Positions 49,774-58,948 of a DNA stretch of 64,000 nucleotides are shown here, piece after piece. The translations under genes and the position numbers were made by a program. This DNA is from Acidobacteriota bacterium (GTDB lineage: Bacteria; Acidobacteriota; UBA6911): positions 1,600,001 to 1,664,000 of the forward strand of contig OY761556.1 of assembly GCA_963664705.1 (NCBI GenBank), read 5' to 3'. How positions within the stretch are numbered: position 1 is the first letter of the stretch; every line of letters starts with the position of its first letter. The notes under the pieces were generated by a model that was not told the DNA's origin, made no database searches, and was given only the letters and a program-made list of their open reading frames with translations.

Positions 49774-49789
49774 TGGCCCGGCCAATGCT
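49774..49789 (+). promoter_or_regulatory. Candidate sigma54 promoter
   Basis: TGGCCCG-GCCA-ATGCT (GG-N10-GC), about 110 nt upstream of the Cys-repeat gene. Confidence 0.45.
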
Positions 49790-49900
49790 TTCTGGCTTAA
49801 GGCTTTATCAAATGCCGGTCATCGGAACCAATAGTGGCACCAAAGCAATGCGAAAAACCGACGCGATCAAGAATGGCTCGAATCGCAACTTTTCAATGAG

Positions 49901-51250
49901 GTGATCATGTTCCAGAGATTCGTAGTAGTCCTTTTCATCTTTGCTTGCATTATTCCAGCTTGCATGGTCCAGAATGCACCGGCCGGCGACTGGCTGAGTG
50001 TTGGGACCGGGGATTGTCCTGGCCGGGATGTTGCCGGATCCACCGGGCCGAACCCGGATCCCGGCAGGTGCAACGGGCAGTTTTCAGGATACACAGCTGT
50101 ATGTTGGAACAATAACTGCACCTATAAAAATGTAGCGACTGCAAGCTGCACTGGCGGATCGAATCCGGGACGGATGTACACCTGTGGCAACTCCGTTGTT
50201 CCTACGCAATCGGTAGGCACCTGGCTGAGTGTTGGGACGGGGGACTGTCCTGGACGGGATGTCGCCGGATCCACCGGGCCGAACCCGGATCCCGGCAAGT
50301 GCAACGGGCAGTTTTCGGGATACACAGCCGTGTGTTGGAACAACAACTGCACCTATAAAAATGTAGCAACTGCAAGCTGCACCGGCGGATCGAACCCGGG
50401 ACGAATGTATACCTGCGGTTCAAGTTCGATGCCGGCCAGCACACCGGTTGTCCCGGCGGCCTCGACTGGCAACTGGATCAATGTCGGGACGGGGGACTGT
50501 CCCGGCCGGGATGTCGCGGGATCCACCGGGCCGAACCCGGATCCCGGCAAGTGCAACGGGCAGTTTTCAGGATACACAGCCGTATGTTGGAACAATAACT
50601 GCACCTATAAAAATGTTGCGACCGCAAGCTGCACCGGCGGATCGAACCCGGGACGAATGTATACCTGCGGTTCAAGTTCTATGCCGGCCAGCACACCGGT
50701 TGTGCCGGCGGCCTCGACTGGCAACTGGATCAATGTCGGGACGGGGGACTGTCCCGGCCGGGATGTCGCGGGATCCACCGGGCCAAACCCGGATCCCGGC
50801 AAGTGCAACGGGCAGTTTTCGGGATACACCGCGGTCTGCTGGAACAATAACTGCACCTATAAAAATGTTGCGACTGCAAGCTGCACCGGCGGGTCGAATC
50901 CGGGACGAATGTATACCTGCGGTTCAGCGTCGACAACACCGGCAGCGCCTGCCGCATCTGCGCTTTCCGGTCGATGGACGCTCAACGCGAATGGCTTTGT
51001 TTTCCGTGCAGATGTGATCCAGAGGGATCGCCTTGTTACGGGAACAATGACTCCAATAAATCACCAGGGATCCACTAGTACCATAGATGGAAGTTTCGAT
51101 GGCCGTGAACTGAATTTCACTCGTTCGACCCCAGGTTCCGGTTCTCAGCAATACCACGGATTCCTTTTCCTGGGTATTGAATCAGGCAACGGGATTGGCG
51201 GCACATTCAGAAGCGGTGGGTTGGATTATGGTTGGTACGCTACCAAATAG
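49901..51250 (+). CDS. Secreted protein with four tandem 65-aa six-cysteine repeats and a C-terminal beta domain
   Basis: Signal peptide; the unit WLSVGTGDCPGRDVAGSTGPNPDPGKCNGQFSGYTAVCWNNNCTYKNVATASCTGGSNPGRMYTC occurs four times. Confidence 0.85.
   Translation: MIMFQRFVVVLFIFACIIPACMVQNAPAGDWLSVGTGDCPGRDVAGSTGPNPDPGRCNGQFSGYTAVCWNNNCTYKNVATASCTGGSNPGRMYTCGNSVVPTQSVGTWLSVGTGDCPGRDVAGSTGPNPDPGKCNGQFSGYTAVCWNNNCTYKNVATASCTGGSNPGRMYTCGSSSMPASTPVVPAASTGNWINVGTGDCPGRDVAGSTGPNPDPGKCNGQFSGYTAVCWNNNCTYKNVATASCTGGSNPGRMYTCGSSSMPASTPVVPAASTGNWINVGTGDCPGRDVAGSTGPNPDPGKCNGQFSGYTAVCWNNNCTYKNVATASCTGGSNPGRMYTCGSASTTPAAPAASALSGRWTLNANGFVFRADVIQRDRLVTGTMTPINHQGSTSTIDGSFDGRELNFTRSTPGSGSQQYHGFLFLGIESGNGIGGTFRSGGLDYGWYATK
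49991..50920 (+). repeat. Intragenic tandem repeat, 4 units of 195 bp (periods 231/252/252 bp)
   Basis: Units start at 49991, 50222, 50474 and 50726 and differ mostly at synonymous sites. Confidence 0.92.
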
Positions 51251-51350
51251 GATCGTTGAGCCTGAAATATCCGGTGAAGGATAGCAGGACAAAAGCGAAT
51301 TTAGAGGACTCCCGCCTGCTCTTGTGATGAGTCTATAGACTGCATGAAAT

Positions 51351-51403
51351 GGGTGAAATTCGAGGCGAAAGAAATGCCCGCGGGGCAGCCACGAATTTCA
51401 CCC
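51351..51403. repeat. Family A REP-like palindrome
   Basis: GGGTGAAATTCGAGGC...GCCACGAATTTCACCC, 16-bp arms with one mismatch. Confidence 0.75.
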
Positions 51404-51665
51404 TTGCCTCCTCGACTTGATAACCCTGCCATTGCCTGTCAATAAAATAAGAATCGCTAAATCTTAAATCGGGATTAGTATTTCTAATGATATGATCGGT
51501 TACACTCAAAGAGTACGCATTCTCCGGCGTGTGCGAACCTTTTCACGAAACCGCGTTGGGCGGCGATGGCTTTGCTCGTGTTCGTAGATACCACAATGTA
51601 GTTATATACTTATGGAATTGCTCGGGACTTTTTCTGCAAGCCTGCAACAGGAAAAGAGGGCTGCC

Positions 51666-53231
51666 ATGGATAAGGTGGAACAACGGAATTTTTTGCATCG
51701 TCCCACGGTCAAAAGTTGCGCCAGAGGGCTTTGCCTTAAGAATCCCAATCTCTGCGAGAGTGTCATTTGCCAGGGGCTGCCGACACGAGCCAGGCCGGAA
51801 ATTGGCCGGATTCTTGTTACCGGGGCGTCGGGGTATGTTGGGGGGCGGCTGGTCGTTGAGCTTTTGAATCGGGGGTACCAGGTGCGCGCCATGGTGCGCA
51901 GGAAACTGACTGTATATGAGCAGCGTTGGCCGGGAGCGGAAATTGTGGAAGGGGATGCGCTTCGACCGGATACGCTCCGTAGCGCTTTGGAAGGAACCCG
52001 AGTAGCCTATTATTTGATTCACTCCATGATGCTGGGTCCCCGATCGTTCTCGGATTCGGATCTGCAGGCCGCCCGGAACTTCGCGGAGGCCGCACACACA
52101 GCAAATATCGAGCGCATCGTCTACCTTGGAGGCCTGGGCGAGCGCCATGCCAACCTTTCAGAACATTTGCGCAACCGCATGGAGGTGGCAGAGGTATTGT
52201 GTGCCGGAAAAGTTCCGGTGACCATTCTACGTGCTGCCATTATCCTGGGTTCGGGGAGTGCTTCGTACGAGATTATGCAGCACCTGGTGTCGGTTTTGCG
52301 TGTGATCTTTGTTCCCAAATGGGCAAATAGCAAGTGTCAACCTATTGCGGTTCGTGACGTCATGAAATACCTGATCGGAACCATTGAGGTTCCGGGTACT
52401 GCAAATGGAGAATTCGACATCGGCGGCGTTGAGATCATGAGTTACCGGCAAATGCTCGAGCGGCTTGCACGACTGCTGGGGCGCCGAATATTCCTGGTGC
52501 GCGCGCCGGTCAGTGAGCCCAAGCTATATGGATATTTTGTCAGTCTTCTGACTCCCGTTCCCGCCCCGATTGTCAGCTGCCTGATGGGGAGCCTGAAAAA
52601 TGACGTTACTTGCCAGGACACGCTCATTCGCTCCTTCCTGCCTTTCAAACCCATGCCTTTTGATGAGGCAATCAACGCAGCGGTTGCCAAACTCCAAACC
52701 GATACGGTGGAGACGCGTTGGTCCGATGCCTATCCACCGGGACATGATGTCGTGCCGCAGCTGGATGAACTCACAGAGCGTCCGCGGTTCAGCGCCACCT
52801 ACAGCCTGGTGACGGAGAAATCCCCCTCCGCGCTGTTTCGGTCTTTCTGCCGTGTCGGCGGTCGGAATGGCTGGTTCCGCAATAACTGGATGTGGCGGAT
52901 TCGGGGACTCATCGACCGCATATTGATGGGGGTCGGGAATGCGCGTGGACGCAAACATCATTCATTTGTTGAACTCGGTGAAGTCATCGATTTCTGGCGC
53001 GTGGAAGATTTGAGTGAGGATCAGCGACTCCTGCTCCGGGCGGAAATGAAGATACCGGGCCAAGCATGGCTGGAATTCAAAATCGTGCCTGCCGATCGAA
53101 AAAGAGGATTGGTTGTGTGTGCCTACTTCGCCCCGCGCGGTTTTCTGGGGAGTTACTACTGGTACCTTTTCCTGCCTTTCCACCGGGTAATATTCAAGAA
53201 CCTGATTGAGCAGATTGCTGCCCGTGCCTAA
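51666..53231 (+). CDS. Atypical SDR / NAD(P)-binding protein with DUF2867 domain (YbjT-like)
   Basis: ILVTGASGYVG, YYLIHSM, SEHLRNR, GSGSASYE, IDFWRVE, LRAEMKIPG and YWY..LPFH..IF motifs. Confidence 0.9.
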   Translation: MDKVEQRNFLHRPTVKSCARGLCLKNPNLCESVICQGLPTRARPEIGRILVTGASGYVGGRLVVELLNRGYQVRAMVRRKLTVYEQRWPGAEIVEGDALRPDTLRSALEGTRVAYYLIHSMMLGPRSFSDSDLQAARNFAEAAHTANIERIVYLGGLGERHANLSEHLRNRMEVAEVLCAGKVPVTILRAAIILGSGSASYEIMQHLVSVLRVIFVPKWANSKCQPIAVRDVMKYLIGTIEVPGTANGEFDIGGVEIMSYRQMLERLARLLGRRIFLVRAPVSEPKLYGYFVSLLTPVPAPIVSCLMGSLKNDVTCQDTLIRSFLPFKPMPFDEAINAAVAKLQTDTVETRWSDAYPPGHDVVPQLDELTERPRFSATYSLVTEKSPSALFRSFCRVGGRNGWFRNNWMWRIRGLIDRILMGVGNARGRKHHSFVELGEVIDFWRVEDLSEDQRLLLRAEMKIPGQAWLEFKIVPADRKRGLVVCAYFAPRGFLGSYYWYLFLPFHRVIFKNLIEQIAARA

Positions 53232-53813
53232 CCCGACTAAATTGGGCGGATAAAAGAATATCTTCTGATTTTCCACAAACTTGACGAAAAGCTTAATGTG
53301 GCAATGCAATTGCATGTCAGCCCTGAGGTTTGAGCCGTTCTGCAACCAAGGCTTGGGATTATCGTTAAGCATGAATGATAGCATTTGGGTTGGAGATGGA
53401 CGCCCGTTGCCTGATCCGATCTTTGGGTACTTGCCTGCTACCGGGGTTTTTTCTCGCCTGAGTCGGACGCCTTCCCGGAGGCAAATGATCGTGTTCGCGC
53501 ATAGAAATCTTTGCATCGGCGGCTCCGCCAAACCCTTTAGGGCCTGCCTGGTTTTTGGTTGAAGGTTTTTCCGGGATCCGCCGGCCGCTCCCAACAGATT
53601 TAAGCCTGGAGTCCATTGTTCAGGAAAATATGATGAAGCATCGATCAATATTGACAATATTTAGCTTTCTTGCCAATAATAAGCCGCGGGGAATCAGGGC
53701 CTGCAACAGGCCTCAGTACTTTCCACGGATATGGTTTCGTCTAATTCCCCAGTTCCTACGGATGGATTGTTCTTCAACTACAAACGAGAATAGCATTTCT
53801 AGGATTCCCAGGT

Positions 53814-55271
53814 ATGTATTCTGAATCACAAATCGGCAATTTTGCAATGCGGACGGCTAAGTCCTTTAGGGCCAATAGCGTCCGAAATCTGTTTATTTTC
53901 ATTCTACTTGTCGGTTGTGCGGCGGCGAATCTTTTTGCCGGCAAACACCCGGTTCCTCTCGCGGCGGATATCGATGCAGCCAAGTGTATCGAATGCCACG
54001 AGAACAAGACGAAGGAAAAGTCCATTCACACCGCGGTCAAAGGCGGCTGTTTTTCCTGCCACGAGGTGCGTGTTCGAGGTGAGGTCACACGCGTCAACCT
54101 GACAACGACAACGATTCTCCCGCTTTGCCTGAAATGCCACACGGACAAGACAGCAGCTCCCGGGCAGGGACTGTTGCATCCCCCGGTGGCAAAGGATTGT
54201 ACCATGTGCCATGATCCGCACGATTCTCCGAACAAGGATCATCTGGTAAAGACGCTTTCGGGCGACAGCAAAGAGAACCTTTGCCTCCGGTGCCATAACA
54301 AAGGATTAGATGTCTCGGCCAACGGGAGCCGGCATGCGCCCCTCGACATGGGATGCGATACCTGCCACGTTATTCACAAAAAAGGTGTGCGCGGAAATCC
54401 GGAATCCAATCTGCATCTGAGCGCCGATCCGCACACATTATGTGTCGGCTGCCATGATGTGAAAAACGAGTCGCTGGTCAAGGCGCACCAGGGGCAGCCT
54501 TTTGAAAAAGCGGATTGCCTGGCCTGTCATGCGGTGCATCAGTCCGATGGACCCAAGCTGATCCAGAAATATGCCCATACTCCGTATGCGAGCAAATCGT
54601 GCGATGCCTGTCACCAGGCGCCGAAGGACGGAAAAGTAGTCCTGACCAAAGCGGATTCCAAAGCGCTTTGCCTTGACTGCCATGCGGATACCAACAACAA
54701 GATCCAGGGTGCGAAGGTGCAGCATGCAGGGGCAATGGGCGAGTGTGTGGATTGTCACGATCCGCATGCATCCAGGAAGCCCGGATATGTACGTCCAGAC
54801 CCGGTAAGTGCGTGTCTCAAGTGCCACAGCGCTCAGTCCAAGCTTCAAAGCACCAAGACGATTCTGCACAAGGCTGCTTTCAGGGACGGGTGTGCCACCT
54901 GTCATGAGCCGCATGGTGGGAGTCGCCCAAAGCTGCTTCGTGCCGATACCAACGAATTATGCCTGTCCTGCCACGGCACCAATGTAAAGCCGCAGAAGGT
55001 GGAAGGCCAGAAACTGGTCTCCATTTTTGGCGGCGCGGTCCGGCTTCCGGAAAACTATTTCGATTCGGTGCCTCGCGTAGCATTGAAATGGGGCCTGGGG
55101 CATCCGATTGACAAGCACCCGGTTGGAGACTATGCGGATCCGCTGGATCCCAAAAAAGAGAGGAAGCTTTCCTGCCTGTCGTGCCATCAGGCGCACGCCG
55201 GCAATGCCAAGGCGATGCTGATTACGGATCAGCCGCAATCGCTGTCATTCTGCAGCCAATGTCACAAGTGA
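53814..55271 (+). CDS. Periplasmic multiheme c-type cytochrome (16 CxxCH)
   Basis: Signal peptide and 16 CxxCH motifs, many in doubled CxxCHxPH...LCxxCH units; true start may be 53847. Confidence 0.92.
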   Translation: MYSESQIGNFAMRTAKSFRANSVRNLFIFILLVGCAAANLFAGKHPVPLAADIDAAKCIECHENKTKEKSIHTAVKGGCFSCHEVRVRGEVTRVNLTTTTILPLCLKCHTDKTAAPGQGLLHPPVAKDCTMCHDPHDSPNKDHLVKTLSGDSKENLCLRCHNKGLDVSANGSRHAPLDMGCDTCHVIHKKGVRGNPESNLHLSADPHTLCVGCHDVKNESLVKAHQGQPFEKADCLACHAVHQSDGPKLIQKYAHTPYASKSCDACHQAPKDGKVVLTKADSKALCLDCHADTNNKIQGAKVQHAGAMGECVDCHDPHASRKPGYVRPDPVSACLKCHSAQSKLQSTKTILHKAAFRDGCATCHEPHGGSRPKLLRADTNELCLSCHGTNVKPQKVEGQKLVSIFGGAVRLPENYFDSVPRVALKWGLGHPIDKHPVGDYADPLDPKKERKLSCLSCHQAHAGNAKAMLITDQPQSLSFCSQCHK

Positions 55272-55386
55272 TGGGAGACTGTGGGAGCTATTTATGACGC
55301 GACAAATGGATCAGGCCGATAAGGTCATGGTAAGTGAAGGCAGACATAGAGATATGGGTATCCAGAAGGTGGGAGGAGCAAACAAG

Positions 55387-56661
55387 ATGTCGGCAGTTCG
55401 GAACAACTCGGTTTCTTGCCGGATTACGCGCCGGACACTGTTAACCGTACTGATGATTGCGCTGGCCCTCATCACGACGTATTCGCTGTTCGCCAAGGGA
55501 GAAAAGAAAAAGAAGAGCCCCAAGGAAGATGAATCAACCGCCGCATCGCTGGATAACCGGAAGCTTTGGGAAAGTCTTGATCTCTCCAAGTTTGTCTGGC
55601 CGAATCCGCCGGCAATTACCCGGATCCGGTATTTGAACTATTGGTCCGGCGAAAAGTTCGTCGAGAAAAAGCAGGCAAAAAAGGCCAGCTGGATGGAGCG
55701 CGTTTCGGGAATTGCCACCGGCTCTACTCCCAGCGATGCAAAGGTTCGTTGGCAATTGATTTCTCCGAATGGGATCGCGGTGGATTCCAAAAACCTCGTC
55801 TATATTGCCGACAGTAAAGTTCGGGCCATATTCATCGTTAACATTGAGACCGGCGAATATTCGATGATCAAGAACGGTTCCAATGCCAAATTCCAGTGGC
55901 TCATTGGCCTGGCAATTGATGACACCGACCGGTTGTTTGCGGCCGACAGCGCCCTTCGACATGTGGCTGTTTTTGATAAGGACCATAAGTATGAAGGGTC
56001 GATTTCCGAAGGTCTCTATGCACCCGGGGGCGTTGCTGTCGACAACGAAAACCGTTTGCTCTACGTCACCGATGCGGAACAGGACCTGGTGCTTGTATAC
56101 GATGCCGATCCGCCGTTCAAGCTCATCCGGAAGCTAGGCAAGGCCGGAACGGAGCACACCTCGACTTTGCCGGGCGAATTTGCCAAGCCGGTGGGCGTGG
56201 CGGTGGACCAGGACGGAAATGTGTATATATCCGACACCTGGAATAACCGGGTCGAGGTCTTTAACGCCGATGGTACGTTCATAAGAACGTTCGGCGAAGC
56301 AGGGGATGGCCCGGGGTATTTCGCGCGGCCCAAGGGCATTTCCATTGATGGAGATGGCCATGTCTGGGTTGCTGATGGCATGCAGGACCGTGTCCAGGTG
56401 TTTACGCCTGATGGGCGGCTGCTGATTTACATGGGAGAGCATGGTTTGCTGCCGGGTCAATTTCAGAGCCTCACCAATGTGATGGTTGACAAAAAAAACC
56501 GAGTCTTTACCACGGAGCTGTATCCGGGCCGGTTACAGGCGTTTCAGTATTACACGAATTCTGAAGCAAAGGCAGAACTGGATCGACGCAATGCGGAGAG
56601 CAAGAAGAAGGCGGATCAACTGAAGCCGGGATCTTCATCCACTCCCGCGCCGAAAAATTAG
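55387..56661 (+). CDS. Exported NHL-repeat beta-propeller protein
   Basis: Repeated PxGIAVD...YIxD...NRVxVF blades; GGAGGAG RBS before ATG 55387 (ORF open from 55294). Confidence 0.9.
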   Translation: MSAVRNNSVSCRITRRTLLTVLMIALALITTYSLFAKGEKKKKSPKEDESTAASLDNRKLWESLDLSKFVWPNPPAITRIRYLNYWSGEKFVEKKQAKKASWMERVSGIATGSTPSDAKVRWQLISPNGIAVDSKNLVYIADSKVRAIFIVNIETGEYSMIKNGSNAKFQWLIGLAIDDTDRLFAADSALRHVAVFDKDHKYEGSISEGLYAPGGVAVDNENRLLYVTDAEQDLVLVYDADPPFKLIRKLGKAGTEHTSTLPGEFAKPVGVAVDQDGNVYISDTWNNRVEVFNADGTFIRTFGEAGDGPGYFARPKGISIDGDGHVWVADGMQDRVQVFTPDGRLLIYMGEHGLLPGQFQSLTNVMVDKKNRVFTTELYPGRLQAFQYYTNSEAKAELDRRNAESKKKADQLKPGSSSTPAPKN

Positions 56662-56799
56662 TTTGCCACAACGGGTTTGGCTGCCGGCTCAATCTGGCGG
56701 CCAGGATCGGGTCGGGGTTCACTGCGGCCCGGGAAGTAAAAGTGCAATGCAGGTTAAAACCTTAGTTAAGTTGGATCCCTTATCAGGAGGCTTTAGTTC

Positions 56800-57861
56800 A
56801 TGAAGAAAATTATGATTTTCGCCCTCGCCGTGTTGGTTTGCACCAGCGTGGCCATGGCCCAGTCGTATGTCCGTGGTACCGGTATCACGGGTATCGACAA
56901 ATTAGGCGCTCACCAGAACGGTGGACGCGGTTGCGTTGGATGCCACGCCCCGCACAGCGGAGTCCGCGGCAACGGCGGTGCTCTCACCGCGAGTTCCGTT
57001 CTTACGTCCACGGCCAACACACACAATGCCACTGGTTCTCAGTATTCCTGGTCGAACCAGTCCACAATCAAAGGCGATGTTGGTGATGAAACGCTGTGGG
57101 GACAGGATATCGGTCCCATCGTCACAATGACCATCCGTACGGGTGCGGATGGTGGCTTTGCTGCGGACCTGTCGACGTCGGCAACAAGAGAGCGCGTCAA
57201 AACCGGTATCGTTTATTGCCTCAGCTGCCATGACGGCAACGTGGCCAAGGGTGCCATGATGACGAACCAGTCTTTCGAGCAGAGCGCGGGGCTTTTGCCT
57301 TCGAGCTACGGCTCTCAGCCGATCCCGACCCTGTTGGGCGCGGATGGCGGCTCCGGCGGCAACTATGAGAACGATCATCCGATCGGGCCGAACGCCAAAC
57401 TCAGCCTCCTCGGCACATCCTCGGTTTCAAAGTACGTGGACCTCGACAACGCCAGCAACCCGACCAAGCTGATCCTGAAGTCCAGCCAGCCGGATGCCCT
57501 GTATACAACGTTTCAATCCAATTATGGCTTGCCGACGATTACCGGAGCTCGCGCAGGTGCCGGTTTTGCGGTGGAAAAGGGCATGACAACCGCGGGTGAT
57601 GCATATGTAGTCTGCACAACCTGCCATACGCCGCACAGCATGTACACGGCATCCGCCAGCGGCACGAATCCTATCGGCGGCTTGACCTCCGGTACTTTCC
57701 CCAGCTACTTCTTCATCGCGGCTCCCTACAACCCGGGCGCAAACACTGCCAACGGAACGAAGGCCTCATCCGCCACTCAGTTCTGCCGTCAGTGCCACTT
57801 CACGGGTGCAGGTGGTTCGAACGAAGGAAGCAATATCCTGACTATTCAGACCGCTTTCTAG
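56800..57861 (+). CDS. Secreted tetraheme c-type cytochrome, OmcE-like motif order
   Basis: AGGAGG RBS, signal peptide; CVGCHAPH, CLSCHDG, NDHPIG, CTTCHTPH and FCRQCH; Ser/Thr/Gly-rich. Confidence 0.85.
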   Translation: MKKIMIFALAVLVCTSVAMAQSYVRGTGITGIDKLGAHQNGGRGCVGCHAPHSGVRGNGGALTASSVLTSTANTHNATGSQYSWSNQSTIKGDVGDETLWGQDIGPIVTMTIRTGADGGFAADLSTSATRERVKTGIVYCLSCHDGNVAKGAMMTNQSFEQSAGLLPSSYGSQPIPTLLGADGGSGGNYENDHPIGPNAKLSLLGTSSVSKYVDLDNASNPTKLILKSSQPDALYTTFQSNYGLPTITGARAGAGFAVEKGMTTAGDAYVVCTTCHTPHSMYTASASGTNPIGGLTSGTFPSYFFIAAPYNPGANTANGTKASSATQFCRQCHFTGAGGSNEGSNILTIQTAF

Positions 57862-57873
57862 CTGGCATTTTCC

Positions 57874-57898
57874 AGGGGGGGGAGTATTCCTCCCCCCT
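57874..57898 (+). terminator. GC-rich hairpin after the tetraheme cytochrome gene
   Basis: AGGGGGGGGA-GTAT-TCCTCCCCCCT; no long U-tract, so it may stabilise the mRNA or attenuate rather than terminate. Confidence 0.5.
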
Positions 57899-57927
57899 AA
57901 TCTGGTTATCGTTTGTTGAGAGGATTT

Positions 57928-58941
57928 ATGAATTTCCGGTTGTGCGCGATTGCTGCGGGCCTGCTCTACAGTTCCATGGCCTTTGGGCAGTCGCCGTTGG
58001 CTTCGGCACACACTTCCACTACCAGCAAAGCGGCCGCAAGTACTGAAAGCGAAGCGACAAAGCCGGCCGTGCGAGTCAATGGCTCTGTGTTGACGGAAGC
58101 CGATGTGATTCGCGAAATGTATACGATTTTTCCCTACGCGCGCCAACACGGCGGTTTTCCGAAGGCAATGGAAGGGGATATTCGGAAGGGCGCCATCGAA
58201 ATGATTGTTTTTGAGGAATTGGTTTACCAGGAAGCCAAAAGGTTGAAGGTTCCTATTGCACCGGAACGGTTGAGCCGCGCGGAGGCGGAGTTTATCCAGC
58301 AGCTTGGTTCCAGCGCCTATGAGCAGTTTTTGCGCACGGAATGCCAGGGCTCCAAGACGGTATTGCGTGAGAAAATCCGGCGTTCATTGCTGATCGAGAA
58401 GATGCTGCGAACTGAGGTCGAACAGAAGTCGATCGTTACCCCTGTTGCGGCCAAAGCCTATTATGACAAGAATCCAAAGCAATTCGAAAAATCGGAGAGT
58501 TTGCGGATTCAGACGATTTCGATCATCCCGCCCCAGCGTGGTACAGATTTGGACAAGGAGGCGCGCCGGCGCGCTGATGAAGCTTTCAAACTGGCTCAGG
58601 CGGCAAAAAGCTATCAGGACTTCGGACTTCTCGCGGAGAAGGTGTCGGATGATGATTGGCACGTAAGCATGGGCGACCGCAAGTTGGTTGAGGCATCGAA
58701 ACTTCCTCCTCCGGTTGTACAAGCGGCAGCAGAAATGAAACCGGGCGAGGTCAGCAAACTGATTCAGCTGGGAAACGCCTATACCATTTTCCGCCTGGTT
58801 GAGCATCAGCCTGCCGGACTAACGCCGTTTGAAAAAGTGAAGGCACAATTGCAGTCAGATCTGCAAAAACAAAGGCGCGTGGATCTGCGTGCGGCACTGA
58901 ATAAGAAGCTGCGGGAGAACGCAAAAGTTGAAGTGTTTTAA
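57928..58941 (+). CDS. SurA/PrsA-like parvulin peptidyl-prolyl isomerase chaperone
   Basis: Signal peptide, VRVNG N-terminal domain, and DFGLLAEKVSDD...MKPGEVSKLI rotamase domain. Confidence 0.88.
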   Translation: MNFRLCAIAAGLLYSSMAFGQSPLASAHTSTTSKAAASTESEATKPAVRVNGSVLTEADVIREMYTIFPYARQHGGFPKAMEGDIRKGAIEMIVFEELVYQEAKRLKVPIAPERLSRAEAEFIQQLGSSAYEQFLRTECQGSKTVLREKIRRSLLIEKMLRTEVEQKSIVTPVAAKAYYDKNPKQFEKSESLRIQTISIIPPQRGTDLDKEARRRADEAFKLAQAAKSYQDFGLLAEKVSDDDWHVSMGDRKLVEASKLPPPVVQAAAEMKPGEVSKLIQLGNAYTIFRLVEHQPAGLTPFEKVKAQLQSDLQKQRRVDLRAALNKKLRENAKVEVF

Positions 58942-58948
58942 GATTGCA

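Noticed and set aside
49991-50920. CRISPR array
   Set aside because: The repeats are 195 bp, in frame within a protein, with mostly synonymous variation; there are no unique spacers and no cas genes.
52962-53657. 231-aa minus-strand ORF
   Set aside because: It overlaps the DUF2867 gene antisense, has a TTG start and shows no motif support.
53232-53813. c-di-GMP/cGAMP (GEMM) riboswitch upstream of the cytochrome cluster
   Set aside because: I could not find the GEMM-I GGCAAAC...GAAA...GACGCAAA pattern here or at 56662-56799 by eye; an Infernal search would be decisive.
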